IMG/VR virus record: IMGVR_UViG_3300006841_000093
Coordinates: 70,506-134,505 of that record
Length of the DNA stretch: 64,000 nt
DNA from: a virus
Direction: 5' to 3' (one strand)
Made by a program: the position numbers and the translations under genes. Each line of letters begins with the position of its first letter. Within the stretch, counting starts at the first letter, position 1. Below are positions 47,320 through 56,046 of this stretch, in pieces. A model generated the notes under the pieces. The model did not search any database. It was not told the origin of the DNA and saw only the letters and a list, made by a program, of their open reading frames with translations.

Positions 47320-47934
47320 ATGTTAAAACCTATTTTTTGGCACGATACTCTTGAAGAAGATTTTAGAAATAGAGTTATAAAATATATTGATGATGAAGTA
47401 GATCTTTATAGCTCTACTGCCGGTTATTATGATGATGGTACTCCACGTTATGACAAATGTAGTATGACCGCAAAGATTAAGATATGGAATTTTCATGAAG
47501 ATGAGAATGATATAGAAAAAGAGATTGGTAATGTTATGTTTAAATTGGCAATCAAAGCTAATGATTTCTTTGACTTTAATCTTAATTACAATAATATGAT
47601 TTTACAATTAGCAAAATTTGAAGAAAGTGAAAACGCACATTTTGGATGGCACGCAGATGACCATATAAATTTTGAACAAGATCATAGAAAATTATCCTTT
47701 AGTGTCTTTCTTAAACCAGCGAAAAAAGGTGGTAATCTTTTAGTTCAAGATGGATGGGAAATTTTACCAAATGAAAACAATACTGAACTACCTTATTTAC
47801 CTTCAACAAAAGTTGAAGAAACTCCTGGCAAGGTTGTAGCATTTCCAAGTTATTGTAATCATTGTGTAACCCCTGTTGAAGAGGGTGATAGGTATTCTTT
47901 GGTTGCATGGATTTTCGGCCCAGAGTGGAGATAA
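47320..47934 (+). CDS. 2OG-Fe(II) oxygenase, tandem copy 3
   Basis: ATG 47320; WHAD, HCVTPV and WIFGPEWR. Confidence 0.88.
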   Translation: MLKPIFWHDTLEEDFRNRVIKYIDDEVDLYSSTAGYYDDGTPRYDKCSMTAKIKIWNFHEDENDIEKEIGNVMFKLAIKANDFFDFNLNYNNMILQLAKFEESENAHFGWHADDHINFEQDHRKLSFSVFLKPAKKGGNLLVQDGWEILPNENNTELPYLPSTKVEETPGKVVAFPSYCNHCVTPVEEGDRYSLVAWIFGPEWR

Positions 47935-48043
47935 CGAAAATTATATATAGAGTAATATTTGATAATTATGATCCTACCAAGTGATGACCCCTTTTGTCAT
48001 TATCCTTTTAATCCCATAAGAAAGGAGATCCTTTTAAATTCCA

Positions 48044-48220
48044 ATGAGACAATTTGAGGTGGACTACGAAACCACCCTTCCGCCATGGCACACAGGTCAT
48101 GAGAAGGTTGAGGCGGAAGACCTAAATTCTGTTAAAGAGAAGTTTGACAGAAAACATGAGGCGGCACGTATATACAAAATAACTGAAGTGTTATACGATC
48201 AGAGACTTGTCGCTAGTTGA
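48044..48220 (+). CDS. small hypothetical protein (58 aa)
   Basis: clean ORF below the track cutoff. Confidence 0.45.
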   Translation: MRQFEVDYETTLPPWHTGHEKVEAEDLNSVKEKFDRKHEAARIYKITEVLYDQRLVAS

Positions 48221-48253
48221 CAACAAAATACTTGGAAGAAGTTCATTTAACAA

Positions 48254-48284
48254 GGCGCTCTCTACCATAGGAGTAGGGGGCGCC
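48254..48284 (+). other. 12-bp GC-rich hairpin without a U-tract
   Basis: GGCGCTCTCTAC-7 nt-GTAGGGGGCGCC. Confidence 0.7.
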
Positions 48285-48317
48285 CTCTGCGATCAATCCC
48301 ATAGTCTAGGAGAATGA

Positions 48318-48485
48318 ATGACTAAACCTATAGAAGAAAGACATACAGAAATTTCAGAAGAAGATTATGAAAGATATGCATCTGAATATAATAAGCAAGA
48401 TGCAAAATTATATAAGTGGAAAGAGAGGTATTATAAATTTGAGGAAGATTATAATCTTACAGACGAGCAAGTAGCACCAATATAA
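48318..48485 (+). CDS. small acidic protein (55 aa)
   Basis: AGGAG RBS. Confidence 0.5.
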   Translation: MTKPIEERHTEISEEDYERYASEYNKQDAKLYKWKERYYKFEEDYNLTDEQVAPI

Positions 48486-48506
48486 CTTTTATACAAGGAC
48501 ACTCCC

Positions 48507-48683
48507 ATGACCTTTCAAGTTAATCTGACCCGTTACCAAGTTGAAACTGCATCAGAACAGTTTGCTTCCCACATTAAAGAAAAAGTAGAAGACGTATATC
48601 AACGATATGTCAGAGAAAATATTCCTTGTGAATTTTACGAAGATGGCATAGTGCAAAAGGAATACAAACCCAATCTCTCATAA
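48507..48683 (+). CDS. small hypothetical protein (58 aa)
   Basis: AAGGA RBS. Confidence 0.5.
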   Translation: MTFQVNLTRYQVETASEQFASHIKEKVEDVYQRYVRENIPCEFYEDGIVQKEYKPNLS

Positions 48684-48700
48684 ATATATGAAATAAACAC

Positions 48701-48730
48701 TTGACATTTGTTACCATTTCGTGTTATAAT
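48701..48730 (+). promoter_or_regulatory. sigma70-type early promoter cassette
   Basis: TAAACAC-TTGACA-18 nt-TATAAT-ATACCTGAAACTTGAGAGAG. Confidence 0.85.
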
Positions 48731-48756
48731 ATACCTGAAACTTGAGAGAGATCAAA

Positions 48757-49278
48757 ATGAAGATTAATATTAAAGCGAGAATGATTGACACTAAACTCAG
48801 AGTCGCCCTCTATGCGATGACTGAGTTTGCGATGTCTAAGTTAGTTCCCTCCAATCGATTGAGAAATAATGTTTCCATCAATGTTCACCTAAAGCATCAC
48901 TGCGAAGGTGGAGAAGCTATGTTGGAAGATTATGCCAATCCCTACCGACCAAGAGATTTCAAAGTTATCATTGATCATCATCGAGCAGAGATAGATGATT
49001 ATGGTAGAGAGCGTGATGCTACTGAATGGGCACACGAAATTCTCAGAACATTAGCCCACGAAATGGTTCATGTAAAGCAATACCTTACAGGAGAACTAAT
49101 GATGAGAGCAAAGGGGCTTTGTTGGAGAAAAGATGTTTTGACAAGTGATTCAACAACCTACGAAGAATACTTTGAACTCCCCTACGAAATTGAAGCATAC
49201 GGCAGAGAAAAAGGACTGTTAGCAATGTTCCTAATCAGATGGACTGAGATTGAAAAAGAATTAGGAATTAATTTCTAA
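48757..49278 (+). CDS. zinc metallopeptidase-like protein (HExxH)
   Basis: LAHEMVHVKQY...YFELPYEIEAY. Confidence 0.85.
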   Translation: MKINIKARMIDTKLRVALYAMTEFAMSKLVPSNRLRNNVSINVHLKHHCEGGEAMLEDYANPYRPRDFKVIIDHHRAEIDDYGRERDATEWAHEILRTLAHEMVHVKQYLTGELMMRAKGLCWRKDVLTSDSTTYEEYFELPYEIEAYGREKGLLAMFLIRWTEIEKELGINF

Positions 49279-49285
49279 TAAACAC

Positions 49286-49314
49286 TTGACATCCTGACCC
49301 AGTTGTGTTATAAT
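49286..49314 (+). promoter_or_regulatory. sigma70-type early promoter cassette
   Basis: TAAACAC-TTGACA-17 nt-TATAAT-GGACCTGTAAAATGAGAG. Confidence 0.88.
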
Positions 49315-49355
49315 GGACCTGTAAAATGAGAGATTAACTTTTAACGAGAGATATT

Positions 49356-49652
49356 ATGAGTGTAGCGAGAGAAATTCTAAATCAACTTGGCGGAAACAAA
49401 TTCCGTGTTATGACTGGCGCAAAAAACTTTATGGGTTTTTCCGAAGGTCTTGTGATGAAGATTGGACGAAACAGTTCAAATTCAAACTATCTGAAAATCA
49501 CATTGAACTCGATGGATTTGTACGATATGGAATTCGCCAAAGTTTCCCGAATGGGTGAGAAAAAATCTATCACAGAATATAACAATGTTTACAATGATTC
49601 TATGGTAGAAGTTTTTGAGAAACATACTGGAATGTACACGAAATTATTTTAG
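49356..49652 (+). CDS. conserved phage early protein
   Basis: ILNQLGGNKFRVMTGAKNF...DLYDMEF...FEKHTGMYTKL. Confidence 0.7.
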   Translation: MSVAREILNQLGGNKFRVMTGAKNFMGFSEGLVMKIGRNSSNSNYLKITLNSMDLYDMEFAKVSRMGEKKSITEYNNVYNDSMVEVFEKHTGMYTKLF

Positions 49653-49660
49653 GAGATATT

Positions 49661-49873
49661 ATGAATAATATGAAAACCAAATTAGAAGAACTCAGAATAA
49701 TTCAAGAGAGACTTGAAGAAGCTGAGAGAGTAGTTAATGACTTTAGAAGTCGCAAGTGGGATTTGGTTACTGAGCTCAAAAACTTAGGTCACGATTTCAC
49801 AGCAACAACAGAGGGTATGGATGTAGTATTGTCTGCATCACCTTCTTTTAATTGGAGTAGAGATAATGTGTAG
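49661..49873 (+). CDS. hypothetical protein
   Basis: AGGAG RBS. Confidence 0.55.
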   Translation: MNNMKTKLEELRIIQERLEEAERVVNDFRSRKWDLVTELKNLGHDFTATTEGMDVVLSASPSFNWSRDNV

Positions 49874-50026
49874 AATAAGATGTTTTTATGAAGGATTTGA
49901 AGAAGGCACTTATGGTTGGGCAGAAATGATTATGTCCTACGATGATGACATTGCCGGATTTATTAAACATTGGAGTTGTGGTGGCAAAAGAATGGTTATC
50001 ACAGAACATATTGAGATAGGGTAAAA

Positions 50027-50281
50027 ATGGAGAATAACGAAACCTACTACATTGCAAAATTGTCTAAGAAGGGTGAACACCTTTCATCAGAAATACATAA
50101 GACATTAGAGGCAGCAAGATTGTGGGCGATGAAAGAAACCAAGTTGTTAGTCTCAGATACTTTTCTGAGAAAATGTAAAGCTGATGATGTTGTTGTTGAA
50201 ATCGATGAACACTTTTTTGGTTATGAGATTTCAGCAGAAGAATTAATTAAAAATTCAAAAAAAGTTTTAATAAACACTTGA
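50027..50281 (+). CDS. hypothetical protein
   Basis: ORF track. Confidence 0.55.
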   Translation: MENNETYYIAKLSKKGEHLSSEIHKTLEAARLWAMKETKLLVSDTFLRKCKADDVVVEIDEHFFGYEISAEELIKNSKKVLINT

Positions 50282-50306
50282 CATTTGGACGGGTTTTTGG
50301 TATAAT
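50278..50306 (+). promoter_or_regulatory. sigma70-type early promoter cassette
   Basis: TAAACAC-TTGACA-17 nt-TATAAT-AGTTATGTAAGATGAGAG. Confidence 0.88.
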
Positions 50307-50388
50307 AGTTATGTAAGATGAGAGTTGGGTAGCCCCCTTCATTCCCCCTCAACGAAAGGCGCAGGAGGGAAACTCTCGAAACCCTTTA

Positions 50389-50589
50389 ATGAGAGAAAAA
50401 ATGATTGTTGATAGAGAAAGCGAATTTGGTGGAATTGATTTGAGTCTAAACAGAAGTTTAGAAGAATTAATCAGTTCTTATTTTGAGGCTCACGGAGCCG
50501 GAATAGAGTTGGATGAAGATACTCGTCCTGAAGAATTAGATGCCTACTACGCATTAGAAAATTACCTTGCAGATATGGGGGCAATATGA
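50389..50589 (+). CDS. small acidic protein
   Basis: ORF track. Confidence 0.55.
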   Translation: MREKMIVDRESEFGGIDLSLNRSLEELISSYFEAHGAGIELDEDTRPEELDAYYALENYLADMGAI

Positions 50590-50819
50590 GAATTATCTTG
50601 AATGGAAAAGTTGCCAAGAATGTAACAGTTACAAAACATGAAGGCAAATATATTGGTTATAGTTTACGAAACAATAGCGGAAAGAAATGGTCTTTGGTTC
50701 GTAATCGTAAAGATGACAGATATCTTGGAGTTGTAAATCACGGCTCGATGTATAATCACAAGTTTCGTGGTTATGAATGGTTATCTGATGAAACTGGAGA
50801 TTTAGTAGGAGTTTGTTAA
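50586..50819 (+). CDS. hypothetical protein
   Basis: ORF track. Confidence 0.55.
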   Translation: MRIILNGKVAKNVTVTKHEGKYIGYSLRNNSGKKWSLVRNRKDDRYLGVVNHGSMYNHKFRGYEWLSDETGDLVGVC

Positions 50820-51181
50820 TTATGAGAAATGAAATTGAAGTATTATTAGAAGCAATGAGAGATGATTATAAACGATGGACTTATGCCGCTAAAGGTAGAG
50901 GATCGTTTTCTAATCCAGATATTGAAAAAGAGATGACCGAAAATTATTGTAATGGACTTGAAGTTACCGAAGGTAGTCGTTATTGGAAGATTACTGGTAC
51001 AAGTGGTAGTGGAGCTCAAAGATCAGTTAAAGGTTTTATTTGTAAAGCCGGAGATAAAAAATTCCTAGAAGGCGATATGTTGAAGCCCGCAGGTTGGGCG
51101 GCACCCGCTAGAAACTTTGCCAGAGGCAATGTACTTACTGGCAAAGGTGTTAAAATGGTTCGTTGGACTGGGATAGGTTAA
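50813..51181 (+). CDS. conserved phage early protein
   Basis: G.RYWKI...SV.GFI...GDMLKPAGW.APARNFARGN pattern. Confidence 0.7.
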   Translation: MLIMRNEIEVLLEAMRDDYKRWTYAAKGRGSFSNPDIEKEMTENYCNGLEVTEGSRYWKITGTSGSGAQRSVKGFICKAGDKKFLEGDMLKPAGWAAPARNFARGNVLTGKGVKMVRWTGIG

Positions 51182-51182
51182 T

Positions 51183-51365
51183 ATGATAGGTAGTGTGAAA
51201 ATTGTTGGAATAAGTTTTTTACTTTTTATGTTAGCTACTTATATCTCATTTCAAATGGGATGGAGTTTTTGGCATTACGAATTTATTAAGTTTTTAAGAT
51301 ATATAGAATTACCATACGAAGGTTGGTATTTTTTAGATAGATATATTTACAATGGAGCATTATAA
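51183..51365 (+). CDS. small membrane protein
   Basis: N-terminal TM segment. Confidence 0.5.
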   Translation: MIGSVKIVGISFLLFMLATYISFQMGWSFWHYEFIKFLRYIELPYEGWYFLDRYIYNGAL

Positions 51366-51372
51366 GCCTAAG

Positions 51373-51615
51373 CGTTCCGAGTAGGGGGTGGTGGAAATGG
51401 TTCAGAGATAGTATCCGTTAGTATACGGCTCTACTAGGGGTAACTCCCCCCAATGGTGCTCTGAGGTAGGAACGTGATGTGGATTGGTTACAATCCTTTT
51501 GAATGTGAAAACACAAGGATTGTTCACGCAGGGTAGAAATTGTCTGGTCGTGAGACAACAGGATTTTGTTACTATGGTGACGAAGTACAAGGATCAATCC
51601 ATGGCTTCTTTTTTT
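51373..51615 (+). ncRNA. structured ncRNA candidate (two domains)
   Basis: CGTTCC/GGAACG (51373-78/51468-73), TCAGAG/CTCTGA, CCGT/ACGG, GGATTG/CAATCC, GTC-GTGA-GAC and TGTG-AAAA-CACA; ends in a T-run. Confidence 0.55.
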
Positions 51616-51636
51616 AATTTTGTTATGAGAGAAACA

Positions 51637-52548
51637 ATGAAAAATATTATTTACAGTTTATTGATTACAACAATGATGGCATCTTGTGGAGATGCACCAG
51701 AAGAATATTCTGATTCAGATACAAATTCTTCATCTTCTAACAAACTACATTATATTGATATTTCAAATGCAAGATCAGTATTCATTAGTTCTTCCAATTC
51801 TAATAGTAGATCATCTTCAAAAGAATATGGTGGTAAAGCAGAAGATAAAATATTTAAAATTACAGATGGTGGACTTGAAGAAGTTAAATTTTTAGACTCT
51901 GACAATAAGACACATACTATTACTAAATCTCCAATAGCTATAGATGTTGTTGATGAAGATTATATAATTTTTAGTTTTGGAAGTAGTATTGATAATCCCA
52001 CATCTTGTTATCTTACCAATAAAGAAACTGGCTTAGTTTATCAATTAGGAGTATCACTCCACGAAGATACTTCAGAAGCTAAATGTCCATTACCTCAAAG
52101 TAATAATTCAAAAGATAAAAAGATTTTAACAGATAATAATAGTAATTTATATTATCGTAGTTATGGATGTGGTGATGGTTCTTGTTATATTATTAATAAA
52201 GTAAACTATAGTGATCCTAAAAATATTGTCCACGAACAAATTACTAATAAAGAAAGTGTACATAATTTTGTAGTAGATTATAAAGGCAATATTTCATATA
52301 ATGAATTATCTTGGATAGGGTTTGATGGAGAAATTAAATATAATAATACAGATGTAAATTTAACAAGTGGTTATTATAAACTTTATCAAGAAGATAAGTT
52401 AATACTATTTGATCCTATGGGAAATGGTAAATACTTAATTGATAATGGTAAAGAGTTAGTTACTAAAGAATTAACAAAAACTTTATTAATAAGTTTTCTT
52501 TTAGAAGTAAAATGTAAACACACTTTCGAATGTTTAACGGAGAAATAA
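51637..52548 (+). CDS. lipoprotein
   Basis: MKNIIYSLLITTMMASC lipobox from ATG 51637; the track extension to 51484 runs through the structured RNA. Confidence 0.65.
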   Translation: MKNIIYSLLITTMMASCGDAPEEYSDSDTNSSSSNKLHYIDISNARSVFISSSNSNSRSSSKEYGGKAEDKIFKITDGGLEEVKFLDSDNKTHTITKSPIAIDVVDEDYIIFSFGSSIDNPTSCYLTNKETGLVYQLGVSLHEDTSEAKCPLPQSNNSKDKKILTDNNSNLYYRSYGCGDGSCYIINKVNYSDPKNIVHEQITNKESVHNFVVDYKGNISYNELSWIGFDGEIKYNNTDVNLTSGYYKLYQEDKLILFDPMGNGKYLIDNGKELVTKELTKTLLISFLLEVKCKHTFECLTEK

Positions 52549-52549
52549 A

Positions 52550-53143
52550 ATGGCTAGGAAAAAAATAGAAGTAAAAAGAAAACCACTTAAGGTGAAAAAG
52601 ACTCGTAAACTTTCAGAAGAACATAAAGAGAAGTTACGAGCAAGACTTGCCAAAATGAGGGCAAATAAAAAACCAGCAGAGTATAAGAATATAGCAAAGT
52701 CTGTTCTCGCAAAACCCGATGATGATAAACTATCTTTGAAAAATGTTAAAGCATGGATTAAAGAAACTAAAGAAGCAGTATCATCACACTTAAAAAATTC
52801 AAGAGGTCGTAGTTTGACACCGCAAGTAAAACAACGTGAATTGAATTTAGCAGATAGTAAAAAAGCGTATATTAGATATATGGAACACTACTTGAAATCT
52901 GGAGATTGGATTTCCGATTTTATGGGGCCACAAGAAAACGAAAAGACAACATGGAAATGTGTCGCGATGGCATATCATTCAGATGGAACTCCAAAGCGTG
53001 ATGTGGGTGTATTTTATCCAGATATTAATATGGTATGGAAATCAGATATGATTGAAGCAGATTATGTACCTACAAAATCTGAACTTCATCATCTATCAAA
53101 AACAGTTGCAATAACAGATAAACAATTTACAGCAGATTTATGA
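52550..53143 (+). CDS. conserved T4-like hypothetical protein
   Basis: basic N-terminus; YIRYMEHYLKSGDW...AY..DGTPKR pattern. Confidence 0.65.
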   Translation: MARKKIEVKRKPLKVKKTRKLSEEHKEKLRARLAKMRANKKPAEYKNIAKSVLAKPDDDKLSLKNVKAWIKETKEAVSSHLKNSRGRSLTPQVKQRELNLADSKKAYIRYMEHYLKSGDWISDFMGPQENEKTTWKCVAMAYHSDGTPKRDVGVFYPDINMVWKSDMIEADYVPTKSELHHLSKTVAITDKQFTADL

Positions 53144-53424
53144 TTTGTTCTTATTGTTATAAAACACAGATTGCAGTAAAACATGATGTTGGACATTGGT
53201 GGAATAATCCAGAAGATTCAGTTTATGTTTGTTCAGATGATTGTTATACTAAACTAGAAAAACTTGTCAAAGATGGAACATGGATGGATCACAAGCCAGA
53301 AGCTATCTTTGGTAAGAAGAAACATAAAAGCCCTAGTTTTGATAAACCTTCTCCTAGAGATAAGGGGCCGAAGTCAGTAACAGATAAACAATTTTCAGCT
53401 GATTTGGGAAAGTTCATGACTTGA
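53140..53424 (+). CDS. zinc-finger hypothetical protein
   Basis: CSYC...CSDDC; its C-terminus duplicates that of the upstream gene. Confidence 0.55.
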   Translation: MICSYCYKTQIAVKHDVGHWWNNPEDSVYVCSDDCYTKLEKLVKDGTWMDHKPEAIFGKKKHKSPSFDKPSPRDKGPKSVTDKQFSADLGKFMT

Positions 53425-53448
53425 CTTTTTAAATATACATGTTATAAT
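53421..53448 (+). promoter_or_regulatory. sigma70-type promoter
   Basis: TTGACT-16 nt-TATAAT with extended TG. Confidence 0.8.
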
Positions 53449-53461
53449 AAAAGATATTACA

Positions 53462-53567
53462 AATACCACAGGGGTAATCGTGGGGGTTTTCTCCGCCTGA
53501 TTAATATTAATTAGGTACATAGACCCGTTCTCTCACCACGAAAGCAAAGTTGCTCTCCTGTGGTATT
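53462..53567 (+). ncRNA. rod-like RNA with a central bubble
   Basis: AATACCACAGGGG/CTCCTGTGGTATT closing stem, TCGTGG/CCACGA inner stem and GCCTGATTAAT/ATTAATTAGGT apical stem. Confidence 0.55.
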
Positions 53568-53603
53568 ACTATATATAGAGAGAAATATAAAATATGGAGA
53601 ATT

Positions 53604-54755
53604 ATGGTTAAAGCAGTGAACATCGATGAAAGCCCAAATACTTTAGGAAACCCCCCAAAACAATCTAAGTCAGATCTTCAGATCGAAAACCCCGATGCTG
53701 ATGTAGAATTTGTTGTCAATACTGATAATGATAATTTACAATTAGATGCTGTATCATCTAAAGCTATTGGTGGTACAGAATTAATGAGGGATTGGTTATT
53801 TGGAGAATTAGATAAGAGAGAGCCTGGAATAAGAGATAAGTTTCAATTCATTAGTACTAGAGTTAGAAAGTTAGAACCAAATAAACAAAGAATTCTTTGG
53901 ATTCATGATTTGGCAAATGATCCAGAAGTACAACTTTTAAAAGATCCAGAAAGTTGGAAACAATTTGAACGAATAGTTTTTGTCAGTCATTGGCAACAAC
54001 ATCAATTTAAAGTGCTTCTAGGTTTTCCTTATGAAAAAGGTGTAGTAATTCAAAATGCAATTTATCCTATTCCAGCACATGAAAAGCCAAACGATGGTAA
54101 GATCAATGTGTGTTATTTTTCTACACCACATAGAGGAATGGAATTACTTTTGAATGCGTGGGAGTTCATGAGGGAAGAACTTAAGGAAGGATTAAATGCA
54201 GAGTTAAACATTTATTCAAGTTTTAAGATTTATGATCGTGGACATTTAGATGAACAGTTTAGACACATTTATAAACGTGCAAGAGAAATGGATGGTGTTA
54301 ATTATCATGGTACTGTTTCTAATGATGATATTAGAAAGATGTTGCCTAGTCAACATATTATGGCATATCCAAGTATCTATGAGGAAACAAGTTGTCTTAC
54401 TTTAATTGAAGCAATGAGTGCAGGATGTTTAGGTGTAGTTCCTAATCTTGGTGCATTGCCCGAAACAGGAGCAAACTTCCCGTGGATGTATGGTTACGAA
54501 GAAGACGCAGATAAACATTGTCAAGTACATGGACATATTTTGGGAAGAGCTATTGGACATTTTTGGGATGATGATGTACAAAATCTTTTGAAGATACAAC
54601 GAAGTTATTTTGATATGTTTTATAATTGGGATTTACGTGGTGGACAATGGTTACAATTTTTACACGCTATACAAGACACGCCTGAGGTGGAACAACAAAA
54701 AGCAGAAATTAGAAAAGAAGTAGAAGAGGAAGCTGAGTTTGAAATAATTGAATAA
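53604..54755 (+). CDS. glycosyltransferase (GT-B, family 4-like)
   Basis: GGTE, WIHDL, STPHRG and YEETSCLTLIEAMSAG motifs; GGAGA RBS at 53604. Confidence 0.88.
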   Translation: MVKAVNIDESPNTLGNPPKQSKSDLQIENPDADVEFVVNTDNDNLQLDAVSSKAIGGTELMRDWLFGELDKREPGIRDKFQFISTRVRKLEPNKQRILWIHDLANDPEVQLLKDPESWKQFERIVFVSHWQQHQFKVLLGFPYEKGVVIQNAIYPIPAHEKPNDGKINVCYFSTPHRGMELLLNAWEFMREELKEGLNAELNIYSSFKIYDRGHLDEQFRHIYKRAREMDGVNYHGTVSNDDIRKMLPSQHIMAYPSIYEETSCLTLIEAMSAGCLGVVPNLGALPETGANFPWMYGYEEDADKHCQVHGHILGRAIGHFWDDDVQNLLKIQRSYFDMFYNWDLRGGQWLQFLHAIQDTPEVEQQKAEIRKEVEEEAEFEIIE

Positions 54756-54756
54756 T

Positions 54757-56046
54757 ATGAAAGAACTTGCCTCTGAAGATATTTTAACGTTGTGGAGTAA
54801 TACAAAGTTACAAACAGGAGTATATGTCCATAGCCCCTTTTGTAAAGAACAATGTACCTATTGTACTTATAAAGGTACTATGTTTGAAAAAGATGCTTTC
54901 CATCGTTATTATACAAAATATCTTCCTGATATGATTAAGTTTTATGAACCAATATTAAGTTCGAATCTCATCCGCAATTATTTTTGGGGTGGTGGAACTC
55001 CAACATTAATGTCTGCAGAAATAATGAATAATATATTTGAGCTTATTCCTAATTTCAAACAAACGAAAAGAAAGTTAATGGAATTCCACATGGCAGATTG
55101 GAATAAGGAACAATTAGATGTAGTAAAAGAATATAACTTCAATACAGTAGTGGCGTGTGTTCAAAGTTTTGATAAAGAGGTAGTAAAGCAACAAAAAAGA
55201 AGAACACCAAAAAATGATACTATTATTTTTGATTTTATAGACTATGCAAATTCATTAGGATTATTTACAATGTCGGATGTTATCTTTTTTTATACAGGAA
55301 ACTTAAATAAAGATTTGGATAGACTTTCTTCAGATATACAAAAATTAGCAAACCACAATATATCGGAAATAACTATACAAACAATTCATGGTGAAAAGGG
55401 TGTACATCGTGAACATGAAGGTGGACAATTTGATGCAGAAGTTTCAAAAAGAATAACTAAATTTTTAAATGATAATAATCAATATTGGGCTGCAGGGTGG
55501 GAAGATGAAACAGAACCCCCATACGATTATTATTGTGATAGACAAGGAAGAAAACATAGAAAAGAATTGAAGGTGTATAAAAAAGAAATAGATTGGGATG
55601 AAATGTCACAACAAGATATACACCTTGACGGATTGTATACTAATCCAGCAATGTTATTATCTACAAATTATAATGTATTAGGAATTGGATCTTATAAAAA
55701 TTATAAACACACATTTTCTAGAATAGGAGATGAATTAGAATACATTGAAGATGGTGATACTTATAAACCTAAATGGGTTTGTACTTATGATAAAAAAGAT
55801 TGGCCTATGGAGAAATTAGTAGGTGACTTTTTTAAAAAATTAAGTAATACTATAGGTGATCCTCCAGATGGAATAGATTTTACCTTTGGTTCATTTGTAG
55901 ATCAGTCTTATGAAGATAATCGTGATAAGAAAAAAATTGAAAGAAAATTAATGGTAGATTATCGTTGGTTGTCTGGAGAATCATTTGTTCATATAGATGA
56001 ATATATACCTAAATTAAAAAAAGTAGTAGATGGCACAGTTAGTTGA
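54757..56046 (+). CDS. HemN-like radical SAM protein
   Basis: YVHSPFCKEQCTYC and FWGGGTPT motifs. Confidence 0.88.
   Translation: MKELASEDILTLWSNTKLQTGVYVHSPFCKEQCTYCTYKGTMFEKDAFHRYYTKYLPDMIKFYEPILSSNLIRNYFWGGGTPTLMSAEIMNNIFELIPNFKQTKRKLMEFHMADWNKEQLDVVKEYNFNTVVACVQSFDKEVVKQQKRRTPKNDTIIFDFIDYANSLGLFTMSDVIFFYTGNLNKDLDRLSSDIQKLANHNISEITIQTIHGEKGVHREHEGGQFDAEVSKRITKFLNDNNQYWAAGWEDETEPPYDYYCDRQGRKHRKELKVYKKEIDWDEMSQQDIHLDGLYTNPAMLLSTNYNVLGIGSYKNYKHTFSRIGDELEYIEDGDTYKPKWVCTYDKKDWPMEKLVGDFFKKLSNTIGDPPDGIDFTFGSFVDQSYEDNRDKKKIERKLMVDYRWLSGESFVHIDEYIPKLKKVVDGTVS

Noticed and set aside
50318-50385. Glycine-riboswitch-like words (GAGAG...CGAAAGGCGCA...AAACTCTC)
   Set aside because: The conserved CAGG after CTCT is missing, GAGAG belongs to the shared promoter leader, and the downstream gene is unrelated. 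A GAGAGTT/AACTCTC stem exists, but the family call is unsupported without Infernal.
51380-51460. tRNA-like start GGTGGTGGAAATGGT
   Set aside because: No T-arm (GTTCRA), acceptor stem or CCA. I recognised no standard tRNA, including tRNA-Sec, anywhere in the window.
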